The translations under genes and the position numbers were made by a program. A stretch of DNA of 64,000 bases from Paramoeba atlantica (taxonomy: Eukaryota > Protista > Discosea): the NCBI GenBank assembly GCA_977017575.1, contig CDRNVI010000020.1:434001-498000 (forward strand), read 5' to 3'. How positions within the stretch are numbered: position 1 is the stretch's first letter; the number at the start of each line of letters is the position of its first letter. This document shows positions 53,925-64,000 of this stretch, piece after piece. Under the pieces are notes generated by a model. That model was not told the origin of the DNA. It was given only the letters and a program-made list of their open reading frames with translations, and did no database searches.

Positions 53925-55580
53925 ATGAAACACATTCCCCTCCCCTCCCCGGAAACCTTTCGCGCGACATACCCCCTCTCCGAAGCCCAACGCTCTCTTG
54001 TCCTCCGCACGCGAGCTGAAATTCACCACATGATGCGAGAAAATGGTGTACAAAGGCATGAAAACAATTTACAAAGGCATGGCAATGATTTACAAAGGCA
54101 TGACAATGATTTACAAAAGCATGACAATGGCTTACAAAGACATGGCAATGCTTTACAAAGTCATGACAATGGCTTACAAAGTCACGACCCTACTTTACAA
54201 AAACATACCAATGGCTTACAAAGTCATGACCCTACTTTACAAAAACATACCAATGGCCTACAACGTCATGACCCTACTTTACCCAGGCCTCACCCTTCCC
54301 CACCCAACCCCTCCCCTCCCCTCCCTCCCCCTCCCCCCTACCGCCTCCTCCTCCTCCTCGGTCCCTGCAGCATTCACAACCTCCCCGAGGCCCTCACCTA
54401 CGGCACCCAACTCGCCTCTCTTCGATCCCAACTCGCCCCCGAGCTCCTTCTCCTGATGCGGTGCTACTTCTTCAAGCCCCGCACCGGGGGGATGGCGTGG
54501 AAGGGGTTCGTCTCCGACCCCTCGCTCGATGGGAGGTGCGCGATGGGGTCCGGGCTGGTGGGGGCGCGGCAACTGTGTCTGCGGCTGCTCGATCTCGGGC
54601 TTCCGCTCGCGATGGAGTTCGTCGACCCGTTCACCGCGCCCTACTTTGCCGACCTCATGAGCTACGGCGCGATCGGGGCGCGAAGTACGGAGTCGCAAAT
54701 CCATCGGGAGCTCGCGAGTGGGTTGGGGCTCCCGGTGGGGTTGAAGAACACCGTGGATGGGCGGTGGGAGGCGGCGGTGGGGGGGGTCCAGGTCGCGCGC
54801 TGCCCTCAGGTGTATTTCGGTACCGGGGAGGGGGGGAAGGTGGGGGTGCTGAGAAGTGAGGGAAATGAAAATGCGCATGTGGTTTTGCGAGGGGCCTCGG
54901 TGGGTTATGGATCAGGGGATAAAGGGGTAGTGAAGGTGGAGGATGTAAAACAAGGGGAAAGAAATGCGCGGGTGGGATCTGAAGAGGATGCTTTTGGTAT
55001 ACAGACTCAGAGTATGGTCGGAGGAAGCTCAAGAGAACTTGGACGCTTTAATCAAACGAATTTTGATAACGACACCATTTGGATGGTTCATCGCAAACTC
55101 TCGGAATTGCAGATATGTTCAAAGTCCGCAATGCACACAAGAGAGAGTATTTCTCCAACGGTGCTAGATTTGACACGGGACATAGTGGTAGATTGTAGTC
55201 ACGGAAATTCGAGTGGGGACTGGACACAGCAGGTTGGGGTTTGTGAGAAAGTCTGTCAAGAAATGTTAGAACACTCAGTTACGTGTTCCACATCAAATAC
55301 TTCGACTTCTACGTATCCTCTTCTTGGTCTTATGTTAGAGTCGTATCATAAATCCGGAAGGCAATCCTTTTTGTTTACATGTCCTCAGAAAATTATTTCT
55401 AAGTACTACCCTGACACAACAAATCATCTTTGGTCGTTGAAACCCTCTGACAATCTTCTGAAAGAGGGTGTTAGTATTACAGATGCATGTATGGATTGGG
55501 ATACTACTACGAAAGTGGTACATGCCATTGCAGATACAGTTCGTGAAGTAAGAAGAATTTTGGATTCTTTTGCTTCATAA
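53925..55580 (+). CDS. 3-deoxy-D-arabino-heptulosonate 7-phosphate (DAHP) synthase, class I-alpha (AroF/G/H, Aro3/4 type), with insertions
   Basis: GPCSIH, YFFKPRT, WKG, EFVDP, GAIGARSTESQIHRELASGL, GLKN, HVVLRG, DCSHGNS, GLMLES, SITDAC; metal ligands C, H, E and D are present. Confidence 0.93.
   Translation: MKHIPLPSPETFRATYPLSEAQRSLVLRTRAEIHHMMRENGVQRHENNLQRHGNDLQRHDNDLQKHDNGLQRHGNALQSHDNGLQSHDPTLQKHTNGLQSHDPTLQKHTNGLQRHDPTLPRPHPSPPNPSPPLPPPPPYRLLLLLGPCSIHNLPEALTYGTQLASLRSQLAPELLLLMRCYFFKPRTGGMAWKGFVSDPSLDGRCAMGSGLVGARQLCLRLLDLGLPLAMEFVDPFTAPYFADLMSYGAIGARSTESQIHRELASGLGLPVGLKNTVDGRWEAAVGGVQVARCPQVYFGTGEGGKVGVLRSEGNENAHVVLRGASVGYGSGDKGVVKVEDVKQGERNARVGSEEDAFGIQTQSMVGGSSRELGRFNQTNFDNDTIWMVHRKLSELQICSKSAMHTRESISPTVLDLTRDIVVDCSHGNSSGDWTQQVGVCEKVCQEMLEHSVTCSTSNTSTSTYPLLGLMLESYHKSGRQSFLFTCPQKIISKYYPDTTNHLWSLKPSDNLLKEGVSITDACMDWDTTTKVVHAIADTVREVRRILDSFAS
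54051..54281 (+). repeat. In-frame 21-bp tandem repeat, 11 units, encoding Q(R/K/S)HxxxL heptads
   Basis: caaaggcatgaaaacaattta / caaaggcatggcaatgattta / ... / caacgtcatgaccctacttta. Confidence 0.95.
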
Positions 55581-56484
55581 ATCGTTTTTGGCGTGTAACA
55601 TCCATTCTACGCCGATCCAGTGTACGTGGCATACCGGGGGTGCGCTTTTTTACTGGGGATTTCTTTTGTTATAATTCTATTTTGAATACTCCTCCTTTCA
55701 TAATTCTTTATAAGTTCGAGCCCAAAATGATTCATGGTTTTATATAAATTTATATAAAACTTTGAAACGCCTGAAAAACGCTAAAAGAGCAGGGTAAAAA
55801 ACGGAGCTCGCGGCGCTGCGCGCCGCGTATTTCTTATTCTGATTCGCGTATCAAATGCATATTTGGAATTTTCTTTTTTAGACATTAAGCAGTCTAATAG
55901 TTTTAGAAACTTCTTTTTCGGCTCTTTGTTTCGGTCCTCTTTTTTTATCAAATTCATCAATGTGGTCAAATGCATGTGGCTTTACATATCAAATTCGGTC
56001 ACCTATTCATACAAACACCCCATGAAAGCGCATAAGAAAAAGTAGAACTAATGATCATAATTTATATAAATATTTTTATAAGTAAATCCATCTCGGTACC
56101 AAACACCTATAAAACTTTATATTTTTGGGTGTATATTATACACCCAAGCCAAAAATTATTATCGCTAAAATTCATGGCACAAAAAATTTTGTTTTTTTAA
56201 TTAAAAGTTGTCAATTTTTGGCGAGAAACATTTTTATATTTTTTTGGTCAATTTTTGAATTTCTCATGAGGTCTGATCTTGGCAACCACGTTTTAGAGAA
56301 GAGTGCCATAGATTTTACACAAAAATTCAAATTTTGTGAGAGGATTTGACGCAGGAGGATCGAGATTGGCTTTATGTCAACACCCGGTCGTGAGATCATG
56401 CGAGATCACACCCGCATCCCATCATTTAATGACCACTTAATAACCTGCCCTTCGCAACGCATTTGACAAGATTAGAGAGATGCA

Positions 56485-57839
56485 AACCACCGTCCGGGTT
56501 ATACCTAGGGACACTTGTACTTCCTAAGGATAATAATTATTTGGTGATAAGCAACTTTCTTCCTTGGACACTTGTACTTCCTAAGGATAATAATTATTTG
56601 GTGATAAGCAACTTTCTTCCCCGTAAAAATTCTTGAATCTTTTTGGGAGCAAAAAAAACCATTTTGACCTAATTTTGGGGTTTTCGGCCCCTCTACTAAC
56701 AACTTCTATTGTTTGTCGATATGTACAAATTTCTACGAAAATTATTGGCACAAACATTATTGGTTTTTTAATTAAAAGTTGCAGAGCTTCGCCAATAATT
56801 AAAAACTCAATAATATTAGTCGGCAGTGTACTTTTTGTCGACTTCCACTAGTTGCCACTGGCCTCCAAAACGCTGGACATTATCATATCGGATCTGTGTA
56901 AACGTATAGTGAAGCATAAAAATAGGAGAGAAATCATTCAGCTTCCCTCGAGATGATCAAGTGGCCGCGTACATCAGAACTCATTATGCTAATTTCCTGA
57001 AAATTCGAAAACAACAACTAAAATTCAGGTCAAAACTCAAAAAAATGGTCGATACTAATAAATACAATACTTTTTGTGTCGACCATTTTTGTGAACAATA
57101 CTTTTTGCGGGGGTGTATGCCACAAAGACGGAATTACGAACGATCGCCCTAATATACATTAACACCCCGAAAGGGTTAATTAAACCCTAGCACTCCGAAA
57201 GGGTTAATTCTTCGCCTGGACACGTAAAAGCATGCTGGTGCATGCTCTTTGTTGTCGACTACGAAGCAACACAATTTTTTCCCCTCACTGCGCGTAAATT
57301 TCAATGTTGCGTTTGATGAGGAAAACTTACCAAGAAATCAGATTGACATTGTCAAGAATTTTGACCTGTTGGGGTATACATTGGTCGTCACTATTCTCAG
57401 AATCCGTAATTGAACATTGACAGGATTTTTTTATTCTCATTCTCATTTTCGCGACTATTCTCATTTTCGCGGCATTTTCACGCGGCATTTTCAAACAGGC
57501 CATGTGATCTCATCCAGGTTACGGCATCCTCCCCTTGCAGAACACAGCCAATACTTCGCCACCACCGAACACAAATCTGGTACACCCCGAGCAAAGTCGT
57601 CTCGCACGCAAATTTCGCCATACTCTATTTTGAACAACGGGTTGAGTACGAGGTTTCGGATTATTTCCATGCAATGCTGTCTCATGTGGAGCACGCTCTA
57701 TGACACGATCAAACGCCTCAAGGAACACCATCATGAGTCCATCGGCCTCATTAATTTCAGGAGAGTGTCGGTCGTGTTCATTTTGGTCTTCCGGCGGGTA
57801 CAATAGGTGTCCCTAGGTATAATAAACCGGACTGTGGTT
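56485..57839. mobile_element. TIR element with aaccac..tccgg(g/t)ttat(tat)acctagggacac termini; contains a roughly 55-bp tandem duplication (56509-56620); orphan right end at about 63185-63211
   Basis: Inverted termini at 56485-56514 and 57807-57839. Confidence 0.65.
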
Positions 57840-58348
57840 TACAAATTTTTGCCCAGATTGCACAACAGGGTCCCTTTTGATCCATTCTCATCCTCATTTT
57901 CAAGGCCCTTTTTGAGTTGAACGTTGACACGATAATTTGTCATTCTTGAGAGGGTCATTCTCATTTTCGTGGCTCTCAGATTGGTGACGATCACTGTAGT
58001 AACCACGAAATATATGTATTCATGTCATTTCATGTTCTTTTACCCCTGAAAGCCCCAGAAAATAAACTCCCCCATACTCGCGCACGTTTTCCCAGGCGCA
58101 ATGGAGATTCTGCAGTTACCCAGTGTGATCTTGTGTGCTCTGTGTTACCCAGTGCAACCTGTGCTACCCAGTGTTACCCACAGAAGTCTTTTGCAAGGTC
58201 ACTCGTGGTGACCCCCCCGGCCACCCCCTCTGCAATGGCGGGGGTGGCCAACCTGGAGGTTGGTGCCAGGCGGTCGAAAATAGTGGGACCGGTATAGGTC
58301 TTTTTTGAGATAGTCAAAAGTGTAAGTGAGCAATCAAACGAAAAAGGT

Positions 58349-59391
58349 TTAGCGTTCATCGATATCCGTGGCTAAATTGACAATGTAGTCCTCAATCTGG
58401 GTTTGTACAAGTCTATTTTCTGGCGGGCTATTACGTCCCCTCTTTTGGGATGCGCGACAGCCAGGTTTGGGATATCTTGAAGATTGGGCTTTATGTAAAG
58501 CAATTTTTCTTTTAATGGCCTCCTTTTTATCTTCTGACATAGAGGCATACTTTCCGGACCAACTGTGACGAAAAAAAAATCCATGAACTATCGCACAACA
58601 TGCAAAAGAATAGTACAGAAGAGAGTCCGATAGCTTGGTCCAATTTTTGAAAGCAAGCCACCTTCCCATACACGAACGACTAAACACATGCTCAATTCTA
58701 GCCCTAAAATGAACGAGTGATTCATTATAGGAAAGTTTGTCATCAGCTCTTTTTAATTCAATTTCGGAAGGATGATCGGACAGATCTCGTGGCCATATTT
58801 CATGTTTGCTGAACGGAACTATCACGCTTCTGCATTCGAAAAACCCACCATCAGCACGTTCCAATTTTGTAGAAAGTGCAAGATACCACAATCTTGAATG
58901 ACTGAATCTGAAGAAGCTCCTGTATACAATTGCCTACCCAAAAAACATATGTATCCTGTCATGGTGCATCCCACCATAGCCTTTATAACGTGCTCCGCAT
59001 ATTTGGGATTGTAGCAATGCGGGCGCGCATCAACCGAAATAGGTACCGTGTCCATACATATCTTAACATCGTCAGGCCAAAATCCAGATGTAGTATTGTT
59101 ATTGTCATTTATCATTTCTTCCGGAGGATTGGTTAGCCATTCCGAAGAAAGAGAATCAAACATTTGTTTAAAAAAAGCGGGAATCTTATCCTGATATGAC
59201 CGTAAACTCCATCCTCTCTTGTCCATGCGTTTCGCCACAAGTGACCATCGTCCGCCACTGCAGAGCCAACTAAAAGCTGCATCGATAACCTCTCGCTCGA
59301 GTCCATATTCCTGAACAAGATATTGGAACACGGCCAATGTAAGTCCGTTGTCCGTGAGCTCGCTTTCCTTTGATGGCATGTAAAGCACCAA
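58349..59391 (-). pseudogene. PIF/Harbinger/ISL2EU-type (DDE_Tnp_4) transposase with one frameshift
   Basis: ICMDTVPI (D), YNPKYAEHVIK, YTGASSD, then after a frameshift near 58865 RADGGF (D) and RARIEHVF (E). Confidence 0.8.
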
Positions 59392-59534
59392 ATTAAATTT
59401 ATAAAAAGGAAATATGGCAAATATTGGGCAAAAAAATTTAAAATATTAATTCGGAGTTTATACTACCTTAATATATCGATCTCACGCCCCCAAAAGATCA
59501 TTGTAAGTTACACACTTACAAGAATAGGAACGTA

Positions 59535-60793
59535 CTGTGCCCCCCTCCACTTATTTGTCACCCCTTTTTCGAAAAAAGGACAAATAAGTAGGGGGGGTGG
59601 AGCTATGACAATTAAGTGGGGGGGGGTTACAGTTCGTGTATACTTCAAAAATATCTTCTTACGAATGTTCTTCGGTCAGCGTTAGTACCATCAGTAAGAT
59701 AGCAGTGCCAGGGAAGACTACGAGGAGGTCCCGACCTTACTTCCCCATTTTGGGTTGCGCCCAGAAGCAAGCCCACTTTAATTTTGCAATAGTCAAAACT
59801 CTATAGAGAGTCAAAACTCTGCGATAGAGAAAAAAGGTTATGGTAGTAGTATCATACATGAAGCGAGTACGGTACTCGTGCACTCACCGGAGTAAGTACA
59901 GCGAGTAATTACTCGGAGTACCGTACTCGCTGTACTCGCTTCCAGCAGGTATGTACTCGCTATACAAGTGAGTATGTAACAAGTGACGTTATGTTAAGAA
60001 ATTTCTGGTCGAGCAATTGCTGGTCGAGGAGGATGTGGGATGTGATAAGGGATGGAATGCGGGGTGTAAATGCGTTTGCAGTACAATCTTGTCGACGCAA
60101 ACTTGTTACTAATTACAGTAAAGTATTGTTGACTAATTTGACTCAGACGAGACGTAGTGCCTTCTTATTCATTTCCGAAACAGTGTAACTAGAAACTAAA
60201 GCATATGGTAAAAAACACTAAGCAAATTATTGTTTCCATATCATATGACGTGAGATAAATTTAGTTTGGTAAATTTGAAATACCTAGCGAGGGTTTGCGA
60301 GTCACCAAGTAAAACCACAGAATACTTAGATACGACGATTTTCGAGAGTTGATGTAGTGATGGTTTCGTTTGTCATATTGACACAATTTGAGAGAGCGCC
60401 GACTCGTGGGGCAGGGGGGCGTATGGTCACCCAAGCTTCAAGGCGACGAGGACGACACCGCAGGGTTGAGGGGGTTTGTGGGGGAGAACCGTCGGTAGGA
60501 TGAGGCATAGTTGAGGAGAGTTGTGGGGGAGAACCGTTGGGAGAATGTTGTTCTAAAATTGTTGAAAAACGTGTTCAGCTACTATGTTATGGGGTGAAAG
60601 ACTTAGAGTAGTAAATACAAACGGATATTTAACTTTGATGGTTCGGACTTATTCACCAGTCAAGTAAAACATTAGAGTATAACATGAGGAAGAACGACTA
60701 GCCTGTCATGCTCCATTAAAAAAAACTAGGCTTCGTCGAAAAGGACAAATAAGTGGGAGGGATGGAGCTGTGACAAATAAGTGGGGGGCACAG
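59535..60793. mobile_element. TA-flanked element of the ctgtgcccccc family; the right end is present twice (about 59570-59632 and 60735-60793)
   Basis: TA|ctgtgcccccctccacttatttgtcac ... gtgacaaataagtggggggcacag|TA. Confidence 0.72.
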
Positions 60794-61327
60794 TATTTAC
60801 CTACTTTCTTACTTACACTTGGCATTCTCCAGCCTACTTACGTAGGCTTAATTCTAGCGTACCACGTACCTTGGTATTAGCAACAATCTTTGCATGCTTG
60901 CTTGTACGTTCTTCAGGAATATCATCCACTTCCAAAACTTCAACCTCTGCTTGGGATCCGCTACTTCGTTTCACCTTCATCACATAACATTCCGGTATAA
61001 AAGCTGCACCATTTCGTAAGAGAACGTCTAGGGTCTCTTGTGGAGACATACATTGCGGAACTTTATTACGAGACACCTTAATTAAGGGACACCCCCTTTT
61101 TGGTCAAAAGTGTCCCGTAATTAAGTGTCCCTTAGCTTTGACCTGTGAGATGATCCGTGGAATGTAGTGAGTGATTGTACTAAAGGTTCCAAGCCTTTGA
61201 CGCGACCGAGACATGGAATCTTAATCTTTACTTTTTTGTCTATCTGATGAACCTTCTCTCGGAGGACCCTCGCAAATTCTACACGCTCTGCCGATAAGGC
61301 AGACTTTCCTTGTTCATCCAGAGCTCG

Positions 61328-61912
61328 CTACATGTTCTTAATGAGGAGAGACATGGGGCGCTCATCATCAGGATGAAGAGCTGTCTTGAAATGATAAAGC
61401 GCGAGGAAACGTGATGCACGCATATAGGCATCTTGCGGCCCCATTTTTTTGCATGTAGCTACTTGCCAAAGAATTTGGGCGACATCATCGGAAGTCAGCT
61501 GTTTCATGCACAACCAGTATTTGCTGTATGTGCAGCAAACCTGTTGTGCGCTTTCCACATTGATACCCACGGCACTCAGCGTTTCCTTGAATGCACGAGA
61601 TATCTCCTCAATATTTTTAGGAGCGGTACTTACGGGACATATGTTGGCGGTAACGGGCACGTTTTTGTAACTACAGCGCAGGTATGTCTCCACATCCACA
61701 ATGGTAGATGCTGCGTCTTCTGGTGCTTGACACACGAGACAGCGCCTAGGCGCCAACACCGAAAAAAAACGTTTTCTTTTCGCATTCCGTACAATACAGC
61801 TGCGGAAGAGAATCTTGCCCAGACACAGCTACAGAGGAGGAAATCATAATACAGAGTTTGCTTGGTAAATTATTTTCTCTTTTGTATTCAGAAACGTAGT
61901 CTCAAAGAGTAC
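61328..61912 (-). mobile_element. Second copy of the Cys-rich repeat-embedded ORF (45269-45835)
   Basis: LAPRRCLVCQA...CCTYSKYWLCMKQ...FKTALHPDD nearly identical to copy 1; N-terminus frameshifted. Confidence 0.65.
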
Positions 61913-61914
61913 TA

Positions 61915-62264
61915 AACCCTCTTCCGGGTTATTGTGCCCCCCCTGCACAATAACTGGCTCTAGGCACAATAACTAAATATTGGAAAAAACAAAAAAAGGG
62001 TAAAAAGAATTTGGCGCCGCTTCGCGGCGCCTTTTTTACGGACAAACATGTTCATATGCAGAATTAGTTCTATTTAACGAGTGCGTTGTTGAACAAACAC
62101 CGCTAATCTCGAGAAAATGGGAATAAAGAACCCGCAAAAAAATGCGGCGCCGCTTCGCGGCGCCATATTTTGTTGGGGGGGCACAATAACGGTGGTCGTT
62201 TCCACTTATTGTGCCCCCCCCTGCACAATAAGTAGCTCTAGGTAAAATAGCCCGGAACAGGGTT
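61915..62264. mobile_element. TA-flanked MITE, 350 bp, with two GC hairpins and two ttgtgccccccctgcacaa motifs
   Basis: TIRs aaccct(c/g)ttccggg(t/c)tatt. Empty site gagtac-TA-atttc at 45821-45833 in the paralogous copy shows a TA duplication. Confidence 0.92.
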
Positions 62265-62527
62265 TAATTTCAAAATTATTGATTTAAGAAAGATTTTTTT
62301 GTAAAATATTTTACCCAGTACAACCAGTGCTACCCAGTGTTACCCATAGAAACTTCTAAAAAGGCGGACTTGCAGAGGGTCCAATAGTGAAACTTGCAAA
62401 TGGATCATCGCATGTTGTGCGCAATACGAAAAAGAACGCGCCGCGAAGCGGCGCGAAATTTTTTTTACCCTTTTTGCAAAGCAAAGTTATTATACCTAGG
62501 GATACTTATTATACCTAGGGACACTTA

Positions 62528-63173
62528 CAGTGCTCGCAAAACTTAGTAAAACTTTTATTGTAAAATAATAAAAAAGTTTTACTAATTAAAAATTCACTAA
62601 TTTTTGTTTTACTAATTTTTGCACTGCCCCCAAAAAAATTGCCAACTTGATAAAATCAATTTTTACAGAAACGGTATTTCTGTCGTTTGAGTGGGCTGTC
62701 TCCTCTAAGGTCGGCGTTAGTACCATCTGCAAAATGGTAATGCTAAGGCAGACTGCGAGGAGGTCCCGACCATGCTTCATCATGCTGAGTGTGTCAGGCT
62801 TCAGTGAAGCGTATTACAAGGAAAATCCCCCAAAAAGGGATTGACTTCGATGAAATTTCAGCTCAAACTTTCGTCGAACATCTTCGCCCCGAAAAACACC
62901 ACGAGTGTGTTCGAATAACCAATTCTTTTGCTCATCTGTTAAGGAAGTTCTGGGGGGCGTCATGTTAGACGAAGCACTTATCAGTTTGCTGAGCAATATC
63001 ATTTCTCCGATGTCGTGCGACATAGTAATCTGAAAACTTTTCGTAAAAAAAATAGAATTCCGAAAAAAAGAAAGTAAGGTGTAAAACCTGAATTTCGTAA
63101 AATGTTTTACTAATTAAAAATTTACTATTTTTTGTTTTACGAATTAATGTTACACTAATAATTGTGTGCACTG
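62528..63173 (-). mobile_element. Tc1/pogo-like deletion derivative (646 bp) retaining an N-terminal HTH fragment
   Basis: TA|cagtgc(t/a)c(g/a)caa termini; minus-strand MTPPRTSLTDEQKNWLFEH...VRRKFELKF resembles a pogo/CENP-B-type first HTH. Confidence 0.62.
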
Positions 63174-63799
63174 TATTATACCTCCTAGGCATAATAACCC
63201 GGACGGTGGTTTAAAAGGGGGCCCCGGTGGTCCAAAACTGAAAACAAAATTCAAAAAATTCAAAACAAATCGAGCGCGGGGAAGTGGTAGAGTAGGCCGC
63301 GACGATGATTTTCCACCCCCCACCTGGGGGTACCCCCTGGTACGCGCAGGAGGGGTTCGACAAGGTCAAAATTTTCCAAAATTTTAGGATGGCCAAAAAA
63401 ACAATTTGACTCAAAAAAAAGTAAAAAAATATTTTCCAAAATCTACTACAGAAATCTATAGGTGAGATGATAATTCATTTTGTATATCTGCGAAACAAGA
63501 CCAATAAGTTCTTTTTTGAGTGCAGTGTTTTTTGAGTGAAGATTTTAGTGGATATTTTTTTCCTATATCACTATTTTTTCGCTTGTCACTCTTTAAATAG
63601 TATTTTTTTCTTTTGCTGTTTTTTGTTGGAAATTCAACAACTCAGTGGAGAGTCTGCAGATGGGCTAGGTTGGGGTTCCAAAAAAACCTACACGAACCTA
63701 CACGGATCTACGCGAATTCACACAGACTTACACAGAACCACTTTTTTTCCTATTTCTAGTAGTTTTACTTTAGTTCATTTTTAATATTTTTCTTTTTTA

Positions 63800-63914
63800 G
63801 GCTCTTCGGTAAACACGGTGGTTGTTTTCAACTTAGAAGTCACTCATGCTGCGAGCTTCGCGTTGAAAACTACCCCTGCGAAACTAAAACTAAACTTAGG
63901 CCCTGCGAAGAGCC
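63800..63914. mobile_element. Mini-MITE, copy of 40898-40992 with a rearranged right end
   Basis: ggctcttcggtaaacacggtggttgttttcaacttagaagtcactcatg...cgaagagcc|TA. Confidence 0.8.
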
Positions 63915-64000
63915 TAAAAAAGAAAAATTGGTTACGAAAGCCGAAAAAAGGGAAGGATTTGAACCAAAAATCACCTATTTTTAGGTAAAAATGGGGGCGT

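Noticed and set aside
54043-54456. Second open frame over the 21-bp repeat (MVYKGMKTIYKGMAM...)
   Set aside because: An automatic result of a stop-free repeat whose unit is a multiple of three; the DAHP synthase frame explains the region.

Overview
Eukaryotic nuclear DNA from a kinetoplastid-type euglenozoan. This is inferred from an RNA-editing ligase gene, fragments matching the kinetoplastid spliced-leader (SL) exon, intronless genes, and host genes all lying on the + strand. A Perkinsela-like or bodonid lineage is plausible but cannot be proven here. Core genes: EFTUD2/Snu114, an REL1/REL2-type RNA-editing ligase, a class I-alpha DAHP synthase with a heptad-repeat insert, RbfA-like, Pam16-like and Pcf11-like genes, an orphan helicase-C-like protein and two hypotheticals. 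These are interleaved with 13 loci of one short soluble LRR family and a dense load of mobile DNA: a near full-length CRE-clade non-LTR retrotransposon, two HERO/NeSL-like non-LTR elements, decayed hAT, Tc1/pogo and PIF/Harbinger transposases, and many TA-flanked MITEs. Four observations stand out. (1) SL-exon sequence is fused to the CRE-like element at two independent insertions in LRR genes, antisense to the element. (2) Three LRR-associated inserts end in the same ATGATAAA motif, suggesting trans-mobilisation of an SL-headed antisense RNA by the HERO/NeSL-like enzyme. (3) About six kb-scale domains switch from C-rich to G-rich on the coding strand. (4) Several MITEs with different sequences are all 346-350 bp long. 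Identities quoted are estimated by eye; no database searches were run.
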